From an uncultured delta proteobacterium (GTDB taxonomy: Bacteria > Myxococcota_A > Polyangia > Fen-1088): a stretch of 64,000 nucleotides of DNA. A program made the translations under genes and the position numbers. The stretch's first letter is position 1, and the number at the start of each line of letters is the position of its first letter. The notes beneath the pieces were generated by a model. That model made no database searches, was not told where the DNA came from, and saw only the letters and a program-made list of their open reading frames with translations. The stretch spans positions 329,037 through 393,036 of the forward strand of contig CAWCMR010000009.1 in NCBI GenBank assembly GCA_963796685.1, in the 5' to 3' direction. This document shows, piece by piece, positions 10,852-21,361 of this stretch.

Positions 10852-11994
10852 GAGAGCACCCGTAGCGCGGCCGGATCCGGTCGTCGGAACGGCTTCTGGG
10901 GAAGCAACGCGTCGCCCTCAGCCAGGACGCGGTAGAGGGTGTCACGCTCGACCGGCACGCGACCCGCGCGCTCGATGAGGTGGACGATCTCGGACACCGC
11001 CAGGTGCTGCGGGGTCTCCGCGCCGGCCATGTGGTAAATGCGTTCCTCCTGCACGGTGCCGTCGAGGTCGTCGGCACCGAACCACTGGGCGGTCTGCGCG
11101 GTCTTGAGCCCCAACATGACCCAATAGGCTTTGAGATGGGGGATGTTGTGCAAGAGCAGGCGCGACACCGCGAAGAGGCGAAGGTCGTCGACGCCGGTCG
11201 GCGCGGCCAGCCTCTGCAGGGCGTTGCCGTCGGGGTGAAAAGCGAGCGGGATGAAGGTTTGGAACCCTTGCGTCTCGTCCTGCAAGGCGCGCAGGCGCAA
11301 GAGGTGCTCGACCCGCTCCTCGACGGTTTCGATGTGACCGTACAGCATGGTGCAATTCGACCGCAGCCCCATCCGGTGGGCGGTGCGGTGGACGTCGAGC
11401 CACTCCTCGGCATCGCACTTGTCGGCACAGAGCTTGCGGCGCACGCGCGGCGAGAAGATCTCGGCGCCGCCGCCCGGCAGCGAATCCAGCCCGGCGGCGT
11501 GCAGGCGCCGCAGGACCTCGGCCACCGGCAAGCCGTAGTGCTGGTGGAAGAAGAAGAGCTCCACCGCGGTGAAGGCCTTGAGGTGAACGGTGGGGCAGAG
11601 ACGCTTGAGCCCGGAGAGCAGCTCGGTGTAGTAGGAAAATGGCAAGCCGTCGTGGAGCCCGTTGACGATGTGGATCTCGGTGATGGGATCCCCCGCCGCC
11701 ATGCGGGTTCGCAAGCGTCCCCAGGCCTCGTCCAAGCTCAGCGTGTAGGCGCCCGGATCGCCGGCTTTCAGGCGGGCGAACGAACAGAACCTGCAACTCG
11801 CCACGCACACGTTGGTGGCGTTGATGTGCATGTTGCGATTGAAGAAGGTCCGCTGGCCGTGCAGGCGCTCGCGAACCTCGTTGGCCAGTTGTCCGAGCTT
11901 CGAGCAGGTTGGGATGATGAAAGAGAGCGATGCCATCCGCGAAACCGAGGGGTTCGCCGGCCCGCACCTTATCTTTGATTTCCGAGAACGACAT
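10848..11994 (-). CDS. MqnC/MqnE-family radical SAM enzyme (futalosine pathway); frame disrupted near 11898
   Basis: ATG 11994 opens [32 protein letters not shown]. The continuation [11 protein letters not shown]...[15 protein letters not shown]...GGGAEIFSP is in the 10848..12278 ORF frame. The reconstructed length is 3n+1. Its stop overlaps the GTG of the next gene (GTGA). Confidence 0.75.
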
Positions 11995-12261
11995 GGGACT
12001 CCAGGGCAAGTTCTGCGGCAAAACCTAGCAGCCGGAAGAGCGGACGCCACAGCGCGCGGCCAAAATGCGACAAATCTTGTCTCCTTTATTGGGCGACCGG
12101 GGTTGCACCCCGGCCGTAGCGAAGTCATGGTGAGCCCCATGGCGATGCGCCCTCTGCCAGGAACCGAAGCCCATCCCCTGGCGCTCCAGGCGAGTCTCGA
12201 TGCAGCGTTGGCGTCCCGGTTCGGACAGAGCCCGCGCACGCGCCATCTGGGAAACAATGGC

Positions 12262-14340
12262 ATGCCGCTTTTCACCAATCGGCTGGCGCTGGAAAGCAGC
12301 CCCTACCTGCTTCAGCACGCCCACAATCCCGTGAACTGGTTTCCATGGGGCGACGAGGCCTTCGCCGAGGCGCGCCACCGGAATCGGCCGGTCTTTCTCT
12401 CCATCGGCTATTCCACGTGCCACTGGTGCCACGTCATGGAGGAGGAGTCCTTCGAAGACGAAACCATCGCGGCGTTCCTCAACGCGCACTACGTCGCCAT
12501 CAAGGTCGACCGCGAGGAGCGCCCCGACGTGGACGCCGTGTACATGCGGGCGGCCCAGCAACTGACCGGGTCAGGGGGATGGCCGCTTTCGGTTTGGCTG
12601 AACGCCGAGCGCGAGCCCTTCTTCGTCGGCACCTATTTCCCGCCCTTCGCGGGCAGGCGCGGCGCGGGTCATGGATTCATGGATCTTCTCATCGAGCTCG
12701 TGCGCCTGTTCGACGAGGATCCCGCGCGGGTGGGCGAGGCGGCGCGGGCGCTGGCGGGCGCCGTGCGTGCCGACATGGAGATGACCACGAGCCAGCCGGG
12801 TGCCGACGGAGCGGCCACGCCAACCAGGCCCGATGTCGCGCTGATCGCCGCCGCGGTCGGGCAGTGCGCGCGAGCCTTCGACGACGACAACGGGGGCCTG
12901 CGTGTGGCGCAGAAGTTCCCATCCCACGTTCCCATCCGGCTGCTCCTGCGCCATCACCGGCGCACCGGTGACGTCAACGCCCTACACATGGCGGTGCACA
13001 CCCTCGAGCGCATGGCCGCGGGCGGGATCTACGACCACCTGGTGGGCGGCTTTCATCGCTATTCCACCGACCCGCGCTGGCTCGTGCCCCACTTCGAGAA
13101 GATGCTCTACGACAATGCCCTGCTGGTGGTGGCCTACGCCGAGGCCTGGCAGGCGACCAAGCAGCCGACCTTCGCGCGCGTGGTGCGCGAAACCTGTGAC
13201 GAGCTTCTCGCGACCTTCGCCTCGCCCGAGGGAGGCTTCTACTCGGCCACCGATGCCGATTCGGAGGGCGAAGAAGGCAAGTACTTCGTCTGGTCCGAGG
13301 AAGAAATCCGAGGGGTGTTGGGATCGGGTGGCGACAGCGAGTTGTTCCTGCACCATTACGGCATCACCAAGAGGGGGAACTTCGACAGTGGCAACATCCT
13401 CTTCGAACCGCAACCCGACGAGAAAACCGCGCGAGCCCTGGCTCCGGCCCGGGCCAAGCTGGCCGAGGTGCGCAAACGCCGCGTCCCGCCTCTGCGCGAC
13501 GAGAAGATCGTGACGGCGTGGAACGGTCTGGCCATCGGCGCATTCGCCGTGGCCGGCCGGGTGATGGGCGAGCGCCGCTACCTCGACGCGGCGACGAGCG
13601 CGGCAGCGTTCCTCATCTCGCACTTGCGCGAGACCGAGACCGGCCGGCTCGCCCGCAGCTACCGCGACGGCCGATTGGGAGTTGCGGGATTCCTGGACGA
13701 CCATGCCTTCACCGCCGCGGGTCTGCTCGATCTCTTCGAGAGCACGGGCGAGCCGCGCTGGCTCGACGAGGCCTACCGTCTCATCGAGGAGACCGGGTCG
13801 CTGTTCGCCGACCCGGCGCGAGGCGGCTGGCTCATGACCAGCCGGGAGCACGAGCGTTTGCTGGCCCGCGAGCGCCCGCTCTTCGATGGAGCCGAGCCCG
13901 CGGGCAGCTCGGTGGCGCTCATGAACGTGGCTCGACTGGCCACGTTCACCGACGACGAGTGCTGGCGGCGCGCTGCCGAGAGGGGCCTTGAATTCTATCT
14001 ACCGCTCATGCGGGAGCGCCCCTTGTCCATGACCGAGGCACTCTTGGCAGTGGACTTTCTGGCCGGGCCGACGCGGGAAATCGTGCTTGCCCTGCCAGGT
14101 CAGGATCCAGCCGCCGAGCTGCCGTTGCACAAGGTCTTGGCCGAGACGTTCAATCCCCGCAAGGCATTGGTCGCGGGCATCCCGGGGTCGCCCCCTTGGC
14201 GCGAGCTCGAAAGCCGTATTCCTTGGCTCGGGGACAAGACTCTTCAGGCCGGCAAGGCCACGGCCTACGTCTGCACCAAGGGCGTGTGTCAACTACCGAC
14301 GACCGAACCGGAGGTTCTCGCCGAGCAGCTCGGCACCTGA
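12262..14340 (+). CDS. Thioredoxin-domain protein of the YyaL/DUF255 type (N-terminal thioredoxin-like domain plus alpha/alpha-barrel)
   Basis: [29 protein letters not shown]...[18 protein letters not shown]. Start set at ATG 12262 (MPLFTNRL). ATG 12127 is an alternative start. Confidence 0.85.
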   Translation: MPLFTNRLALESSPYLLQHAHNPVNWFPWGDEAFAEARHRNRPVFLSIGYSTCHWCHVMEEESFEDETIAAFLNAHYVAIKVDREERPDVDAVYMRAAQQLTGSGGWPLSVWLNAEREPFFVGTYFPPFAGRRGAGHGFMDLLIELVRLFDEDPARVGEAARALAGAVRADMEMTTSQPGADGAATPTRPDVALIAAAVGQCARAFDDDNGGLRVAQKFPSHVPIRLLLRHHRRTGDVNALHMAVHTLERMAAGGIYDHLVGGFHRYSTDPRWLVPHFEKMLYDNALLVVAYAEAWQATKQPTFARVVRETCDELLATFASPEGGFYSATDADSEGEEGKYFVWSEEEIRGVLGSGGDSELFLHHYGITKRGNFDSGNILFEPQPDEKTARALAPARAKLAEVRKRRVPPLRDEKIVTAWNGLAIGAFAVAGRVMGERRYLDAATSAAAFLISHLRETETGRLARSYRDGRLGVAGFLDDHAFTAAGLLDLFESTGEPRWLDEAYRLIEETGSLFADPARGGWLMTSREHERLLARERPLFDGAEPAGSSVALMNVARLATFTDDECWRRAAERGLEFYLPLMRERPLSMTEALLAVDFLAGPTREIVLALPGQDPAAELPLHKVLAETFNPRKALVAGIPGSPPWRELESRIPWLGDKTLQAGKATAYVCTKGVCQLPTTEPEVLAEQLGT

Positions 14341-14376
14341 TGGGTGATAGGCGCCCCGTGCCCAAGAAAAGGGCCC

Positions 14377-14399
14377 GGCCTCTCTTGTACGGAGAGACC
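14377..14399. terminator. Imperfect hairpin between convergent genes
   Basis: GGCCTCTC-ttgtacg-GAGAGACC (one mismatch), between the stops at 14340 (+) and 14426 (-). Confidence 0.3.
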
Positions 14400-14425
14400 G
14401 AGCCCAGGCAGACGAGAGGGTTAGA

Positions 14426-16081
14426 CTAATTGTGCTTCGTGGACATGACGAAGTCGGGATAGGCAGGCACGCCGGTCTCGGGAACGTCCAGCCCTTCGTT
14501 CTCGACCTCGGCCGAGACCCGGTTCGAGCCCAGGATCTTTCCGATGATCCAGAACACCAGGCCACCCACGATGACATTCCACGCGATGCAAACCACGACT
14601 TCGATGACCTGAGCAATGAGTTGCTTGCTATCGCCGTAGAACAGGCCCGTGACTCCCTTGAGCGCGGCCCCGGTCGTTCCCAGGTACTCCGTGGCGCCCA
14701 CGCCATTCCAACCCGTGCCATAGGTTCCGTCGGAAAACAAGCCGACCGCGAGAACGCCCCAGGCGCCATTCACGCCGTGCACGCTGATGGCGCCCACGGG
14801 ATCGTCGATGCCGATCTTCTCCCAGAAGAACACGCTGAGGACAACGAGGATTCCCGCGATCGCGCCGATGATGAAGGCGCCCACGGGGCTGACGAAGGCG
14901 CAGGGTGCCGTGATGGCCACCAGCCCCGCCAACATGCCGTTGCACATCATGCTGGGGTCCGGTTTGCCGTACTTGAACCACATGTAGAGCGTGGCGCTGA
15001 GCGTGGCCGACATGCCCGCGATCATCGTATTCGTGGCGATGATGCCGATGCGTCCATCGGAGCCGGCCAGGGAGCTACCCGCGTTGAAGCCGAACCATCC
15101 GAAGGCCAGGATGAAGGTTCCAACCATGACCATGGGGATGTTGTGGCCCAGGATGGGCTTGGGCTTGCCGTGCTCGTCGTACTTGCCGATGCGAGGTCCA
15201 ATCAAGTAGGCGGTAATGAAGGCCAACGCTCCACCTTGCAAGTGCACGACGCCGGAGCCGGCGTAGTCGACGGAGCCGTGCCCCAGGCCGAGTCGGTAGC
15301 CGAGCTGGGCCAGCCATCCCCCTCCCCACACCCAAGCGCCGAAGATCGGATAGATGAAGGCCCCGATGGCGATGCTGAAGATGAAGAAGCTCTTCAGGCT
15401 CCAGCGTTCCGCGCACGCCCCCGTCACGATTGTCGCCGTGGTGTCCATGAACACCATCATGAACAAGAAGAGCACGATCGCGGCCGCGTCGTAGCTGCCT
15501 CCGGTCAGGAAGAATCCGGACGTGCCGAACAGACCCCATCCATGGTCGCCATTCATGGCGGATCCGATGGTGAACATGTGGTTGAGAGTTGGAGTTCCCC
15601 CCAAACTGACAGGCCCACCGATGGCTGTGCCGTTCAGGCCGCCGCACATCAGGGCAAAGCCGCAGACGAAGAAACCGAACAATCCGAGCCCGTACACCAG
15701 GAAGTTCATGGTGAAGGTGTGTCCGGCGTTCTTCGCCCGTATGAGCCCGGTTTCCACGAAGGCGAACCCGGCTTGCATGAACATGACGAGGAATCCCGCG
15801 ATCAGCGTCCACACGAAATTGATCGAGAAGATCCCGTGCGAAGCCGACTGCGCCACGGCATCGACCGCGACGGCGAGATCCTTCGTGGTCGCCTTCTCCG
15901 GATCGGGCTTGGTGTAGCCGGGCACGGAAGTCGCGTTGGGCACGGACTGAAAGGCTCCGGTCCGGTCGGGCGCCGGCTCATCGGCACGCGTGGGGGTGCC
16001 GATGAACGTCGCCACTGCCATGGCGGCGATGATCGCGACTCCAATGAGACGGTGTTTTCTGTGCGGAACTGATCGGGTCAT
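14426..16081 (-). CDS. amt: Ammonium transporter (Amt family) with N-terminal signal peptide/extension
   Basis: 551-aa polytopic ORF with Amt-typical segments (AGFAFVETG, DYAGSGVVHLQGG, GVHGVNGAWG). Good SD (AAAGAGGTGAAAGC) before the ATG. Confidence 0.9.
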   Translation of the reverse strand: MTRSVPHRKHRLIGVAIIAAMAVATFIGTPTRADEPAPDRTGAFQSVPNATSVPGYTKPDPEKATTKDLAVAVDAVAQSASHGIFSINFVWTLIAGFLVMFMQAGFAFVETGLIRAKNAGHTFTMNFLVYGLGLFGFFVCGFALMCGGLNGTAIGGPVSLGGTPTLNHMFTIGSAMNGDHGWGLFGTSGFFLTGGSYDAAAIVLFLFMMVFMDTTATIVTGACAERWSLKSFFIFSIAIGAFIYPIFGAWVWGGGWLAQLGYRLGLGHGSVDYAGSGVVHLQGGALAFITAYLIGPRIGKYDEHGKPKPILGHNIPMVMVGTFILAFGWFGFNAGSSLAGSDGRIGIIATNTMIAGMSATLSATLYMWFKYGKPDPSMMCNGMLAGLVAITAPCAFVSPVGAFIIGAIAGILVVLSVFFWEKIGIDDPVGAISVHGVNGAWGVLAVGLFSDGTYGTGWNGVGATEYLGTTGAALKGVTGLFYGDSKQLIAQVIEVVVCIAWNVIVGGLVFWIIGKILGSNRVSAEVENEGLDVPETGVPAYPDFVMSTKHN

Positions 16082-16118
16082 GCTTTCACCTCTTTATCCA
16101 TTCTTGTGTTGTTCACTG

Positions 16119-16325
16119 CTAATTGATGACGCAGGACGTGCGCGCCTGAATCTTTCTTCTCAGGCGATTGGCCCACATGGCGCCGAAGAAGGCGCTGATC
16201 TCCATGGAAAGGACGAACATCGCCGTCGGGATCCACAGATGGTTGCTGGAGCGATACACCATCCAACCCACTAGACCGGTGACCAGTTGGACTGCCAGGA
16301 AGGTTCTTTTGTAGTAATCCCACAT
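16119..16325 (-). CDS. Small (68 aa) two-helix membrane protein of unknown function, between glnK and amt
   Basis: ATG-initiated ORF with two hydrophobic helices and a basic C-terminus (RLRRKIQAR). Purine-rich stretch upstream. Same strand as glnK and amt, and fills the gap between them. Confidence 0.5.
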   Translation of the reverse strand: MWDYYKRTFLAVQLVTGLVGWMVYRSSNHLWIPTAMFVLSMEISAFFGAMWANRLRRKIQARTSCVIN

Positions 16326-16355
16326 GCTCTTTTCTCGATGTTGGAGGTTGCGTTC

Positions 16356-16736
<381 letters not shown>

Positions 16737-16812
16737 TCAGACGGTGATGGCAGGGGAATTTCGGACCGATAAAACATTTGTTAATCTGAATGAACAACCC
16801 GGCAACAATTGC

Positions 16813-16828
16813 CGCCATCGTTGTGCCA
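16813..16828 (-). promoter_or_regulatory. Sigma-54 promoter-like motif upstream of glnK
   Basis: The minus strand reads TGGCAC-AACGA-TGGCG. GG and GC are at the canonical -24/-12 spacing, but the -12 element is imperfect. About 120 nt upstream of the glnK ATG. Confidence 0.3.
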
Positions 16829-16933
16829 AGACGTAAACTCAAAAGTTACGACCTGGAAACCATCGGGCAACCGCCTGGAAGAACCTTCCTGCTAGAGTGC
16901 ATAAATCAGCTCACGCGTCCCCTGAGAACCTGA

Positions 16934-18190
16934 ATGCAGACCCATTTCCATGTTCCCTTCTACGCCGTTCTTCCTTTCGCCCTGATTCTGACTGGAATCG
17001 CGATTCTGCCCTTGGCGGTTCCGAGCTTCTGGGATCACAATCGAAACAAAGGGTTCTTCGCGGCCGTATTGGCGGCGCCTGTTGGGCTCTGGCTGCTCCT
17101 GGCGAATCCTGCCTTGCTCGCTCACACGGCCCACGAGTACGTTTCATTCATCTGTCTACTGGGTTCCCTGTTCATCGTCGCCGGTGGGATCCACTTGGGG
17201 GGAGACCTGCGGGCGTCTCCGCGCAACAACGCCATCATCCTGGCGCTCGGTGCCGTGATGGCCAGCTTGCTCGGCACCACCGGCGCCAGCATGCTGCTCA
17301 TCCGACTCGTCTTGCGCACCAACTCCGAGCGCCGCCACACCGGCCACATCCCTTTCTTCTTCATTCTGCTCGTGTCCAACGCCGGCGGATTGTTGACCCC
17401 GCTCGGCGATCCACCGCTGTTCCTCGGCTTCCTGCGCGGGGTGCCCTTCACCTGGACCCTACGTTTGTTCCCCATTTGGTTGCTGACATCGGGCTATTTG
17501 CTGGTTCTCTTCTACGTCGTCGACCGACGGGCTTACCGAAAGGAAACCGTCCAGGATCTGGCCAAGGACGAGACCCAGATCGTTCCTTTGAGCATCGAGG
17601 GAACCCTGAACTTGCTCTGGTTGTTGCTCATCATTCTTTCAGTCTTTCTCCCATCGCCCGTGCGCGAGGGGGTCATGGTGCTTGCCGCACTGGGCTCGCT
17701 CACGCTCGGAGGCAAGAGAGGCCGCAGCAAGAACAACTTCGCGTTTGCGCCGATCGCCGAGGTGGCGATCTTGTTCGCCGGCATCTTCGCGACCATGGCG
17801 CCGGCGTTGATTCTGCTCGAAGAGAAGGGCCCCGCCTTGGGACTGGTGGCCCCGTGGCACTTCTTCCTCGTTTCGGGCGCGCTCTCCAGCGTGCTCGACA
17901 ATGCCCCGACCTACCTGACCTTCTTGACGGCCGCACAAAGCACCGCCAGCGCCCTGGGCCTGTCGGTTGGCGTTGCCGCCGTTCCGGCGAGCTTCCTGGC
18001 GGCGGTGAGCGCCGGGTCGGTTTTGATGGGCGCCAACACGTACATCGGAAACGGCCCCAACTTCATGGTCAAGTCCATCGCCGATTCCTCGGGCTACCGC
18101 ATGCCGAGCTTCGCTCGCTACGCCATCATGGCCACCTTCGTGCTCTCGCCCGTTTACCTGGCAACGGCCTTGCTGGTGGGCAGGTACTGA
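16934..18190 (+). CDS. Ion transporter of the ArsB/NhaD/CitMHS permease superfamily (putative sodium:proton antiporter)
   Basis: 418-aa polytopic ORF. SVLDNAPTYLTFL and GNGPNFMVK motifs are typical of this permease group. Confidence 0.7.
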   Translation: MQTHFHVPFYAVLPFALILTGIAILPLAVPSFWDHNRNKGFFAAVLAAPVGLWLLLANPALLAHTAHEYVSFICLLGSLFIVAGGIHLGGDLRASPRNNAIILALGAVMASLLGTTGASMLLIRLVLRTNSERRHTGHIPFFFILLVSNAGGLLTPLGDPPLFLGFLRGVPFTWTLRLFPIWLLTSGYLLVLFYVVDRRAYRKETVQDLAKDETQIVPLSIEGTLNLLWLLLIILSVFLPSPVREGVMVLAALGSLTLGGKRGRSKNNFAFAPIAEVAILFAGIFATMAPALILLEEKGPALGLVAPWHFFLVSGALSSVLDNAPTYLTFLTAAQSTASALGLSVGVAAVPASFLAAVSAGSVLMGANTYIGNGPNFMVKSIADSSGYRMPSFARYAIMATFVLSPVYLATALLVGRY

Positions 18191-18275
18191 CAGGTCCAGA
18201 GGGCGAACGTCGACGATTCGATTTTCCCTCGCCTCGGGCCTTGCCGCGAAGTCGAAGCAGGGACAACCTAGCCCC

Positions 18276-18974
18276 ATGAGCAGGACGGGCAGGCAGAAAT
18301 CAGACATCCGGAAAAGGGCACCCCTGTTTCTCGTCGATTCGTTCGCGCTCGGGGTCGCCTGCCTGGTCCTCGGTGCGTGCACCAGCGCGGGTCCGGTCAT
18401 CCCCGACACCAGAAATAGAATTCCGCCCCCGGGTGCACGCGAAGGCGCGGACCCGAACGACGTGTTCATGCGCAAGCCGTGGGAGATCTGGCAAGTGCCG
18501 GGGGGCACGGCGCGCTACCATCGGGAGGCCTTCATGCTCCTGCCCGACCATGCCGACTGGTTCGAGGTCGCCAATGTCGCGGTCAACGCGGCGGATGGAA
18601 GCGATGTTCGCCTCGACTATGTTTCGATCGAGCTTGGCGGCAGCGCGCAGTCGCACGAGTCGATCAGCGTCTTCGTCTACCGTGCGCCTGGCGATCTCGA
18701 CAGCGAGTGGAACGCGATCGTGAACCGGGCGCGGCGCCAGCACCCCACCGGCAAGCCCGGCGAGCCCTTCCCGCTACCCGACAAGCATCCGCCGACCACC
18801 AAGCAAATCGCCTTCGTCGAGCCCGGCCCGGGAGAAGACTCCTTCGTGCAAGTGTCGCTGTTTCACCAAGGCGATTGGGCGATTCGCTACGAGATAACCT
18901 GTCCGCTTACGGACGCCACGAAGGCGCGCGACATCACCCGGTCGTTCCTGGCCTCGCTGCGCGCCCGGCAATAA
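18276..18974 (+). CDS. Hypothetical lipoprotein
   Basis: Signal peptide with lipobox (LVLGAC). No domain recognised. Confidence 0.55.
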   Translation: MSRTGRQKSDIRKRAPLFLVDSFALGVACLVLGACTSAGPVIPDTRNRIPPPGAREGADPNDVFMRKPWEIWQVPGGTARYHREAFMLLPDHADWFEVANVAVNAADGSDVRLDYVSIELGGSAQSHESISVFVYRAPGDLDSEWNAIVNRARRQHPTGKPGEPFPLPDKHPPTTKQIAFVEPGPGEDSFVQVSLFHQGDWAIRYEITCPLTDATKARDITRSFLASLRARQ

Positions 18975-18976
18975 CG

Positions 18977-20137
18977 CTATGGGATGGTATACGGGGGTAT
19001 GTAGTTTGGGCAACCGAAGACGATCTGCACGGTGGTCGCCTGGCTGGCCAGCACCGAGTCGCACAGGGTTCCGGTGAGCACGATGTCCGATGGGGTCGCC
19101 CCGAAGGTCCAGCCGTTGGGGTCGTTCTGGGTGACGAGGGTCTTGTCGACGTAGACGATTACCTGCGAAGCGTCGGGCGGCGGCCCGGGCGTCTGGAAGT
19201 TGCAGGTCAGGGCGACGATCTTGGAAATCTTGTCGAGCGCGCTGGTGAGGTCCTGGGGCGAGGTCGCCGGGTAGTAGTTGGTGGTGCCGCCCGCCTGCGC
19301 CATGCTGTCCAGGTTGGTGACGCTTGGTCCAATACCGACCACGTAGACCGGGAACCCGAACGAGGCCGCCGACCGGATGGCGGCAACCGTGTTGGGCAAG
19401 TCGCTGGTGGTGCTCGACTGGTTGCTGCCGCAGTTCGGCTCGCCGTCGGTCGCCAGCAGAATGGCCTTGGGGTTTCCGTCGTTGACCGTCTGCAGATACA
19501 AGCTGGCGGCGTTGATGGCCGACGCCGTTGGCGTGTAGCTGCCGGGCGACGCGGCGGCAATCTGGGTCTGCACGTCAGCCGCCGATCCCGACGAAATCTC
19601 GACTTGCGGAAGCATGGACACCGCGCAGTTTCCCCCACTGGCCGTGGGCGCGGCGAAGAGCTCGAGCCCCCAGTTGATGCTGGGGTTGGCGGTGACCGTC
19701 TGCGAGACCGCGCCCTTGACGGCGGTCCAGCGATCCGTGCAGCCGGCCGCGTTCGGGCATACCTGCCCCTGGCCCGTGCCGCCCGCGCCGATGCTGCAGT
19801 AGCAGTCCCCGGAGATGCTGTAGCTCATCGAAGCCGAGCGGTCGAGCACGATGAGGATGTCCGCGGGCGCCCGGTTGGGCGTGATCGTGGTGGTGCCGCA
19901 GGTTCCATCGGCGCTTCCGGTGGTGCCCGAGGTGCCCCCGCCGCTCGTATCACCGCCCGTCCCCGACACGCCGCCCTCGGAGGTCACATTGATGGTAACG
20001 CCACCCGCGCCGCCACTGCCGGTGGCACCGCTCCCGGTTCCCACCTGTCCGGGAGAGCTGCAGCCCCACGACGAGAGCCCGACGCCCAGGGACGCGAGCA
20101 CTCCGGCGATCACTCTACCGACTGAAATCATCCTCAT
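18977..20137 (-). CDS. Secreted lipoprotein with von Willebrand factor A domain
   Basis: Lipobox SSWGC, then a Gly-rich linker, then a MIDAS-type motif ILIVLDRSASMS and LLATDGEPNCG. Confidence 0.8.
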   Translation of the reverse strand: MRMISVGRVIAGVLASLGVGLSSWGCSSPGQVGTGSGATGSGGAGGVTINVTSEGGVSGTGGDTSGGGTSGTTGSADGTCGTTTITPNRAPADILIVLDRSASMSYSISGDCYCSIGAGGTGQGQVCPNAAGCTDRWTAVKGAVSQTVTANPSINWGLELFAAPTASGGNCAVSMLPQVEISSGSAADVQTQIAAASPGSYTPTASAINAASLYLQTVNDGNPKAILLATDGEPNCGSNQSSTTSDLPNTVAAIRSAASFGFPVYVVGIGPSVTNLDSMAQAGGTTNYYPATSPQDLTSALDKISKIVALTCNFQTPGPPPDASQVIVYVDKTLVTQNDPNGWTFGATPSDIVLTGTLCDSVLASQATTVQIVFGCPNYIPPYTIP

Positions 20138-20343
20138 GATGTCTCCTTACCAGGTTGGGCGAACGCGGGACGACGACGCCTACTACTCTAAAGGCAATCG
20201 CGATCACCCGCGAGCGGGAACCGCGAACGGCCTTGGCCAGTGGTCTGCCCAACTTGGTTGGGGGCAAACCCTCATCATTTTCGATGCGAACATCTCGCCT
20301 TCGCTTCTCTTCCTGCGCCGCGCCGATTCGCCCACATCACCCC

Positions 20344-21177
20344 TCATCGGTCCACATCTTGCCCATGTCGCAACAAGGCCTGGGCGTTCCGGCCGAGAAT
20401 CCTTGCCTCGCGCTCCGAGCCCAGGTCGAGCGAGCGGAGAAGCGCAAGGGTTTCGGACTGACTCGACCAGGGCGAGTCGCTGCCGAACAGAGCTCGGTCC
20501 GCCGGGTGGGCCAACAGCATGGCTCGCGCCCGCTCGCGTCCGAGAAGCTCGAGGCTCAAGGAGATGTCCATGGTGACGGGCTTGCCGAGCAAGTGCCGCT
20601 CCACCTCGTCCCAGTCATCCCATGCCCCCATATGACTCGTGACGAGGCGAAGGCCGGGGACACGCTCCAAGACGCGGAGAATGCGGACCGGATCCGCGCG
20701 ACGCTGACGAGGAAAGGCAAAGTCGAAGCCGGTGTGGCAGACAAGCAGCAGACCGAGCCGATCGAGGGCGCGGTAGAGCGGGAACAACGCCTCGTCGTCC
20801 ATGTCGAAGTCTTGGTAGTAGGGATGAAGCTTGATGCCGCGCAGGCCGGCTTCCGCCACTTGTTGCGCTTGCCCGGCAGGATCCGGTCCCCTGGGATGGA
20901 TCGACGCCAAGGGTACGATGCGCTCGGAGGCGATGGCTTTGGACCACTTCAAGATGGGCTCGAATTGCTCCGGTTTGGTGGCGATCGAGCAGATGACCGC
21001 GGTTCGGATTCCCGCCTTGTCCATCGAAGCCAGCAACGAGGACACGGTCCCGTCGAGAAAAGCCTTCACCCCCCCACCGTGCTCGAGCTGGCTGATGGCC
21101 CGCGCCGCGATGGCCTCCGGAAAGGCGTGGGCGTGAAAGTCGATGATGTCGTCCATGGCGATCCCTGCGGCATTCAA
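20344..21177 (-). CDS. Amidohydrolase-family (TIM-barrel metal-dependent hydrolase) protein
   Basis: IIDFHAHAFPE at the N-terminus, HTGFD and GSDSPW later. Start may be the internal MDDII. Confidence 0.75.
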   Translation of the reverse strand: MNAAGIAMDDIIDFHAHAFPEAIAARAISQLEHGGGVKAFLDGTVSSLLASMDKAGIRTAVICSIATKPEQFEPILKWSKAIASERIVPLASIHPRGPDPAGQAQQVAEAGLRGIKLHPYYQDFDMDDEALFPLYRALDRLGLLLVCHTGFDFAFPRQRRADPVRILRVLERVPGLRLVTSHMGAWDDWDEVERHLLGKPVTMDISLSLELLGRERARAMLLAHPADRALFGSDSPWSSQSETLALLRSLDLGSEREARILGRNAQALLRHGQDVDR

Positions 21178-21239
21178 GTAGAGCAGGACCGCCCCCCGCC
21201 GTCCACTGCCAGCAGCCTAATCCCGAGCTAGCCGCAGAA

Positions 21240-21290
21240 GGTCGTGGCCGTGGCCGGTTGTATTTCCGTCGGCCACGACCACGGCCACGG
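21240..21290 (-). terminator. GC-rich stem-loop built from repeated GTGGCC units, downstream of the 21362 gene
   Basis: 21244-21253 pairs with 21279-21288 (10 bp), and alternative registers are possible because the arm units are repeated. No clear U-tract. Confidence 0.35.
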
Positions 21291-21361
21291 TAAGCCGTCT
21301 ACGTCCACAACCACCCGTCATCGCTCCGATTGGGTTCGTGCGTCCGCCGCGGAAAGGTGTC

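Noticed and set aside
14432-16072. Very long ORFs antisense to or out of frame with recognised genes (for example 14432..16072 +, 86..1585 -, 4606..6072 -, 33750..36269 +, 55022..56377 +, 39927..41390 -)
   Set aside because: Their translations are Arg/Gly/Ala/Pro-rich nonsense with no motifs. They each mirror a gene with clear homology on the other strand or frame. This is the expected artefact of stop-codon scarcity in high-GC DNA.
20248-20265. Small hairpin CCCAAC-ttg-GTTGGG downstream of the amidohydrolase gene
   Set aside because: 6-bp stem, 3-nt loop, no U-tract, about 80 nt from the stop. This is not enough to call a terminator.
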